From the human T2T-CHM13v2.0 reference genome, Homo sapiens, in assembly GCF_009914755.1 (NCBI RefSeq), contig NC_060932.1: 64,000 nucleotides of DNA. One strand, written 5' to 3'. The notes under the pieces were generated by a model that was not told where the DNA came from, ran no database searches, and worked only from the letters and a program-made list of their open reading frames with translations. The translations under genes were made by a program, and so were the position numbers. This document shows positions 55,074 to 64,000 of this stretch, piece by piece. The stretch's first letter is position 1; each line of letters begins with the position of its first letter.

Positions 55074-57377
55074 CTAAAGAAATAAAATAAAAAATACTGT
55101 TCATAGGAGTAATAAAATGGTATGTTTCTATCACTTCTTGGCCTTTTGAATAAGATGAAGTGTAAAATGGTTCCTTTCTAAAAACTTAAGAGATATTCAT
55201 GTTATGTATGACCAGGCATTTGGCTTTCAACTGTCTTTCCAAAAGAAATTATGAGATGAAAATATATATTGAAAGAGATACTGCAGTATCAGGACAAAGA
55301 ATTGGAAGCGATCTAAATCCATATAAATCACATGCTTAGAGAATATTTAACAATATGGGAAAATGATTATAAGTAAATTTAAAAAATGACTACAAAATTG
55401 CACTAACAGTCTGCAAAATAAAATGGAAAGAGAAAATACCAAAATATTAACCATGGTTGTCTGTAGATGGTAGGATTATCAACAAACTGTCTGTTTTATT
55501 TTCTACATGTCTGTACGATCGTGTATTACTTTTAAAATCAAAAAAGAAACATTTTAAAAGAATTCAAGTTTACAATAGTATCTTAAATCATACTTAAAGA
55601 AGAAACAGTTACTTCAACTGTTCAAGATATTTGTCTGCAATAAAAATGAAGACTGCCTTGTATATTAGTCACAGTATCTTTCACATTAACATGTCTGGAT
55701 CATGTCCTAGACGGAACAATATTACATAAATGGGTAATGATTTCAGTAAAAACTACAATTCTCTTGGATGCAAAGTGGGGCACATAACATTTTACGTCAC
55801 ATTTTCAGTAATACAGCAGTAAGTCTTAAAAGTTTTAAAAATGAAGTTGGAAACGGCAGAAAAACAAATGTACTTTGTGCTTCCCCACAGAGTAAAGAGG
55901 ATATTTTAATCAATAGAATTAAATGTATGTTTCAAGCCTATCAAGTGCCATTTTACTTAGGCACATATCATTTACAGAAAGTTGTTATCACAATCAGAAC
56001 ATTTTACTCCCTTTATACATAATCAGAATACAAACTCCTTTTATGTACCTTCTCCCCATCCTGCCCTACTCTCTCAAAGTTGCTCTTCCTCTTGAGCAAG
56101 TTTTGATTTTCCAACTCAGAGAATCATACGACCTACCTAGATACTCAGAATATAAGCTTGGAAATTATCTTATATTCTTTCCTATCTATTTATTTCCCAT
56201 ATAAGTAAACCACCAAGTCTTGGGGATTCTACCTCAATGCCTATCAAACTTCTCTTCTCAAACTGCCTTTCATGGCAGATGCCCAATGCCTACAGTAATG
56301 GAATAACTGAGTGAATTACACAGTGAAAGCTAACAAAAGGATCAGTCAGAAGAGCATGGCAGACCTGTGTTTAAGTCCGAGTTGTCAAACCTAGCTATGT
56401 GACCTTGGCAAGTTACTTAAAAACTCCCACTATCAGTTTCCACACATGTTCAATAGGATATTAATTGCTGCATTGTAGGGTTGCTGTAAATATAATAAAA
56501 GTATCCAATAAGTGGTAGCTATTACTACAGGGTACTGGAAAATGCTGTAGTTTTAAGAATTTACTACTGGGTATTGAAAAAATGCTATATAAAAATGCTT
56601 GACTTGAGAAAGGAGAGTACAATGAAGTGAAGAGGAAATATACTATAGACACAGTGGGTGCTGTTAAGGAGAAGAATGTTAAGGATCTTGAGTCAGTTTT
56701 GCATTTTATAGAGACTGGGAAACTGAAAGTAAGGCCAAGACTCAGGCACAGCTATCATTCGTATAAGGATAAAGTCCTAGGAGGAATATTAAGCTAATAG
56801 TTTTCCATTTCAGCTGACAGGAAATCTTACAGACATGCTATAATCTAAATTTAGATCCAAAAACAGAGAAATGACAGTTCTACCATCAACATCTATTGGA
56901 AAGTGCCTTTCTGAAATATAGCTAGGGATTCCAACACCAAAGAGAAGTATCACATTTTTTGCCTTCAAAAAATCGCCAAAAAAATGTTTAAATGAAAGGA
57001 TTAAGAAGTATTTTTCTCTGACAGTCACTTCTGTAGCTAAAAAAATTAAGCACCAATTCCTTTAATCCATGAGATTAACATGGACTTTCAGACAAATTCT
57101 TAAAATAACAAAAATAAAATAATTTAAAACAACCCCACATTGAGTAAGGTTGATGGATTTTATCAATGTCAATTTCCTGGTTGTGATACTGTACTGTAGT
57201 TATGCAAGCTGTAACAATCAGGGGAAATTAGATAAAGGGTTCGCTGCATGTGGACAAACAATTGTCTCAAACAGTTTTTAAAAGTAACCTTACATTGAAA
57301 ACAGAAATACTTTTGTAGCTATTACAGATTCTTACTAAAAATATTATAGTGCTGGAATACAGTGATTTAACTTGTAG

Positions 57378-57711
57378 TAGTCATCCCTGTGGTATCCCTG
57401 AGGAACTGGTTCCATGACTTCCCATGGACACCAAAATCCATGGATGCTCAAGTCCCTGATAAAAAAAAGCATAAATTTTGCATATAACCTAGGCACATCC
57501 TCTCATATACTTTAAATCATCTCTAGAATACTTACAATACCTAATACAATGTAAGTGCTACGTAAGTAGTTGTTATATTGCATTGTTTAGGAAATAATAA
57601 TTTTTAAAAAGTTTGTACATGTACAGACGCATTTTTTTTTTCCCAAATACTTTCAATCACAGGTTGGTAAAATCAGAGGATGTGGGACCCATGGATACAG
57701 AGGGCCAACTG
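57378..57711. mobile_element. MER2 (Tigger) MITE
   Basis: gtcatccctgtggtatcc...ccaaaatccatggatgctcaagtccc...ggatacagagggccaactg. Confidence 0.88.
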
Positions 57712-58245
57712 TATCTCAATGAGAGATACCGCAATTAAATTGCTATTCTTTCTCCAAAAGCCTACAACAACATATTTTGTACTGTAATTTTCATTTAGAA
57801 TGTCATGAATTCTCAAACAGTAAAATAAAGGAAAAATGGAATTATGCTATAGAATCATAGGGCAAAATAAAATAATTATATTTCCTCATATCGTTATACC
57901 TCATATAAACCTTACATATTAAATGAAAGTTTCTTTCGGTCTATGAAAGACTGTTTGATGGCTCCCATGTCAAGGGTGTATAGTGCTCAGTTCTTGTCTT
58001 TCCCTGTCTGTGCTCTAATGCCCAGTGCCCTGAGTGACATAAGCCCTGGGAGAATGTGCAGTGAAAGTAGGTCTTCAGGAAGATTAATTAGCAGTCATCC
58101 AGGATGAGCCAAGGAGGGCTGTTACAGACTAAAACCACAACCATTTCCAGATAGATTTGTGGCCACCATAGCAGTAGACTAATCTGGGATGGAATTTAAG
58201 GGAAAAAAAGTGGGGTGGGGGTAGCTACTTAAAAAAAATTAAAGT

Positions 58246-58557
<312 letters not shown>

Positions 58558-60391
58558 TCAGAGAAAATCAGAGGAGAAGAGAGCACAGCAAGGGAAATGT
58601 ATTTCCAAAGGTGTGGCCAAAGTAATGTAAAAAGTGCCTAACTTTCTAAACACTTACATGTAATATTAAGTAACCTGAATACAGATTCTGAAAAGTCTGG
58701 AACTAAAGTAACAATGTAAATCCATAATACCAACAGAATAAAGATAGCTTTATAAACATATGTAAATGTATTAAACTTAGCAAATGATGTCTTGGATTTC
58801 AACAAATGTCACATTAAACTAATTTACCTAGCTCTCCACCATAGTAGGAATTGCGACAGAAGTGACTTATAGAACATACAAATCTCTTGTTTCACTTAGT
58901 GCATCTGTGAAATGAGAGTAGTCTTAAATCCTTCACAATAAAAAAAAAACCTCTGTCTCTGAACTTCTCACTCTGGCTGCAAAATGGAATCCGATAATTC
59001 AACATTCATTCTCTCTTTTTTCCTTAAATGCAACTCTTTATCAGGGACAGCAATGTGCCAAGTTTAAAACATTTCCAGACTCTTCTAGATTGAGGATAGA
59101 GAGTGGCTAAATTATTTCCAATTCTGGCCAATAACAAAAGCTATTAAGTTGGGTTTCTGAGAAAGCTCCTTAGAAAACAGGGAGGAATTCAGCTGGAAAG
59201 GCCTTTACCTGTCCCCTCATCATCACATTCTCCCTCCCTGGAAAGTAGACTTGATGGCTGGAGGTATCCTCTCAAAGAGCAGAAAGACAGACACCTAGTA
59301 AATTAATACCATGGGAAGCAGCTCTGATTATCTACTTCCAGGACACTTTTATAGGGGAAAAAAGATCCTATTTTACGGAAGCCACTGATTTTAGAATTTT
59401 TAAAAATATCAAAGGAATTCTTAGCTAACCCAATGAGGGAACTTATCCTGGGAAGGAAAATCAGATATACTGAATGAAAATCTCTGGGGCTCTGGCCTGG
59501 GAATCTATATTTTAGAAAAGCTTACCAGCTGACTCCAATGCAGCTGGTCCACAGAAGGGCATTTAGGATCACTCAGAAGAAGTAACAAATAATGGGGATT
59601 CCCTTGCCTATATGAAGATAACAATACACAGGCCAAATAGGACATAGGTTCTGTTTTTTGAATAGTAGTTGTAGATTTATAAGGTCCTTGATACACACTA
59701 GGTTCTCAACTGCTTAGCTAATAAACTATAACTTCCGTTCACTTAATCCTATCCTTTCGCCTATTCCTGTCCTTATTCTGCAGGTGTTACTGGAGAGGAT
59801 GACCACAGCCATGAATGAGTGGAGCTAATGAATCCACATTGGAGATCAGAATATTAAAGTTTTACTTCATCAGGTCTGTGCTCTCATCTAAAGAGCTAAC
59901 AAATCTACAGATAAGTCAACTTACTGATGTATACAAAAAAGAAAATAATCTCAGGTGTTTTCATAGATCAAAGTGGGTAAGACAAATTATCAACAGTCAT
60001 GAAAATAGACAAGGACATTACAAAACCTAAATGAAAATGAAAATTCCTAGTGATGTTATATCCTAAAAATTTATTGAGTAGATACTTTGTTTTACTAACT
60101 TCATCTTTCTGTGCCTGTTTCTTATACTGAAGCATCTCCTACACTTATCATCATAGCCAAATGTCTTTTATAATAGTACAGCCTAATTTGGAAATCTAGT
60201 AAAACAATCTCATATGAAAGTTTAATTTGTGGTCATTTATTTTACACTACTGAAGAATCACTGTACTTTTAACATTTACCATTTACCTTATCAACCAACA
60301 AATTTCTATAGTACTGAGTGTTAAAGACATTAATGGATGCTCATACTGTCAATACAAAATCGAAAGTACCTGTTAGCATTCTAAGCTTCTA

Positions 60392-61009
<618 letters not shown>

Positions 61010-62384
61010 TCAACAAATAGACCTTTGAAAACAGTGCAGAACTCACATACATTCTGCTGTTTTGATAGAACTGACGGACCCTGTGGCTAAAGCAGTACGG
61101 TGATCTCTATCTTCTCTGCTTAAGTTGCATTAGTTGATAAATTACAGGAAAAGGTAGAAAAATATAAAAATACAAAGAAACTGTTGCCAAGAGACAGCAA
61201 CTTACTTTATAACGTAGTAAGGTTGTGGGCAGGGAAAACTGCCCTGGGAATACAATCTGATGGGTTAATGAGAGATGGATTCAAGACAGTAAGTCAGAGT
61301 GACTAAATCTACAATACGGTACTGACTGTATACTGCAAATGCTATGTGAATATATCACTAAAAGTTTCCTATACAATACTGTATCATTCATTCAATAAAT
61401 ACCAAACACTTTATGCAAACTGTACTAAGCCCATAGAGGACACAAAGACCTGGGACTCTGTTCTCCAGGAGTTTATTGGATTCATGTTGAACAAGAACAG
61501 TCAACCCAATGTTCTATTAACACTAATTTAATGCCAAGGTACTGGACAAACCAACCAATCGAGAGGTTTTTGTAATAATTTAGGTGGTCAGAGTTTGAAC
61601 CTGGCAATAGATGGAAATGGAGGGATTGACAGACACTGAAAATAACAATCAATAACACTGATTTCAGGAGCCAGAGGACAAGAGTCAAAAATTGTAACAA
61701 CATAAGCTATTTTACTAAAAAAAAAAAACAAAACCACATTTGGTGAGAGGACAGAAAAAGTTTTTAGGTCTATTACTGGGGAAACAGCATGAAACCCCTG
61801 TGGAAAAGAAGTAAAGTTTAAAGGAAAAGTTAGGGCCACATATGTTGATTGTCAGTAATAAAGTCTCAAAACCTGAAGGTAGAGTATAAAGAGCAGTACG
61901 GGGAAGAAAAGAAGTCCTCCAAAGTTCATACAGAAATGGGAGAAATAACATCATCTTTTCTGAGAAGCTTAACGGGACGGCACAAGAAAAAAGGCAGCAG
62001 TAGCTAGAGGAAGAAACCAGGTCAAGAGAAGGTTTTCAAAAATAAAGGTGAGATTGAACTTTTGAAAACAGAAGAAAAAAATCTGGGATGATCAATATAT
62101 TCAAAATATGGAAATTGAGAAAATAATTGATGGAATATGGTCCTAGAGGGAGTGAGAGCGGTTCTCAAGGAAAACCAGCAGAAATGTGATTTTAGAGCTG
62201 AGACAGGGGGTTAGTTCTTATTGAAGAGAATTGCGGCAAGTAAAATAACACGTAAGTACATACATAGAAGGAGATGAAGGAGAAACTGTCTAGTGGCTCT
62301 AGTGAAGGAGATCAGGGACATTTCTGAGAGGGAAAGCGGTCAAAAAGCTGCAGCAGCAGAAGCATACTTAATCAGAACAGACTA

Positions 62385-62786
<402 letters not shown>

Positions 62787-63886
62787 TTAATAGAGAAACA
62801 AAGATCGTTAAATAGTTCTAACGTAATATAACCTTAGAAGATAATTTTTAGACAAAAATACACTGAATATATTTTACCATCCCAAGAAAGCAACTCCTTT
62901 ATTACCTAAGCATCCTGTGGAAGGATGATACCTTACTCTTCTTCACCCCCTACAGCACATATTGTTGCTCCACTATAGACGACTGACAAACACACACAGA
63001 ATACCAACTTAGCATAGCCTATTATAAGTTAAACTAGGTGATAATCCTAGGCAATTTCTGTTTTGTTTAAAAATTTTAAATTATTCCCACGTAAAATCAC
63101 TATTATGGTACTTTCATTATTATTTATTATTATATTATTATAGTACCTTTTTATTAAAAATGGAAAATCAGAATAAAATCACATATAAGATATTCAGGTC
63201 ACTGTAAATGAACTGATATCATTATTTCAGCCAGATGGCAGACTCGAGAATAGAACAGAACTTTAGATTACCAGAAAAATATTTTCAACATACATGCACA
63301 GAGTATACTTTTATATACTTTTTACTTTTACAAAGTATGGTTAAATTAGACACTGCCTTTGCTATTCTTATTTTACAGAAAAAAAAAAAACAAAAACAAG
63401 AGGTCAGGCTGTCATTCAAGCAACTTCCAAAACCTTAACAATTTCTCTTGAAAAAGTTAAATCTGGCCTCAATATGAGTGTAGCAAAAATTAAAATAAAT
63501 AAGGTTTAATACAGTGATATCTTAAGTATCTTAATATGAACACTTCATTATGTCATATTTAAAATAAAAAACATACGGTTGTAAATAGAAAATAACAAAT
63601 AATATAAAAGTGCTAACCCCTTCCATTAAAAACAAAACAAAACAAAATCCCTCTTCAGATAAAGAACCATAGAAAAACTATCTTTATGGACAACTATTAA
63701 CTATTTAAATAGCTAGGTAGACACATATAAAGTATCTTCAAAATTACAAGTAACATTCAAATATAGGCAACATCACGCAATACAAATATATGTATTTCAA
63801 ACTTATCTCACCAGTTACAAATAAGTTGAACAATTCTTTCCAGTCATCCATGTACATTTGCAAGGAATAAAAAAACTATCCTAAGA

Positions 63887-64000
63887 CAGGAGTTGCCAAA
63901 CTACAGCCTGTAGGCCAAATCTGATCTGCCACTTATTTTTATAAACACAGTTATTAGAACACAACACTTTCAATTACAGTCACAGACACTATATAATGAT
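63887..64000. mobile_element. MER58A-like hAT-Charlie element (runs off the window)
   Basis: caggagttgccaaactacagcctgtaggccaaatctg...tttttataaa...ttattagaacacaacac. Confidence 0.75.

Overview
Human (primate) genomic DNA, recognisable as the chr8q21.3 OSGIN2-NBN locus. It contains the complete + strand OSGIN2 gene, which starts in a CpG-island promoter at ~9.0-10.3 kb. Six coding exons join at canonical GT-AG sites into 1650 nt = 549 aa + stop, with a second in-frame ATG at 16838 giving 505 aa; the 3'UTR runs to ~35.07 kb. Converging tail-to-tail is the 3' half of NBN/nibrin on the - strand (last seven coding exons, 62736 down to the stop at 42763, 3'UTR to ~40.5 kb). The rest is mostly transposon-derived: L1s, Alus, solo LTRs and Tigger/hAT MITEs, many nested with readable target-site duplications (TSDs). 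I see no evidence for a wholly new multi-gene system. The best unexplained signals are an ancient U6/L1 chimeric retrocopy ~1 kb upstream of OSGIN2, a 35-bp orphan poly(A)-tailed micro-retroinsertion, a distal NBN poly(A) signal lying inside a Tigger/MER47 terminus, and the uORF/alternative-first-exon architecture of OSGIN2. Repeat subfamily names are from recalled consensus sequences and need RepeatMasker/Dfam confirmation; repeat boundaries are approximate unless TSDs are quoted.
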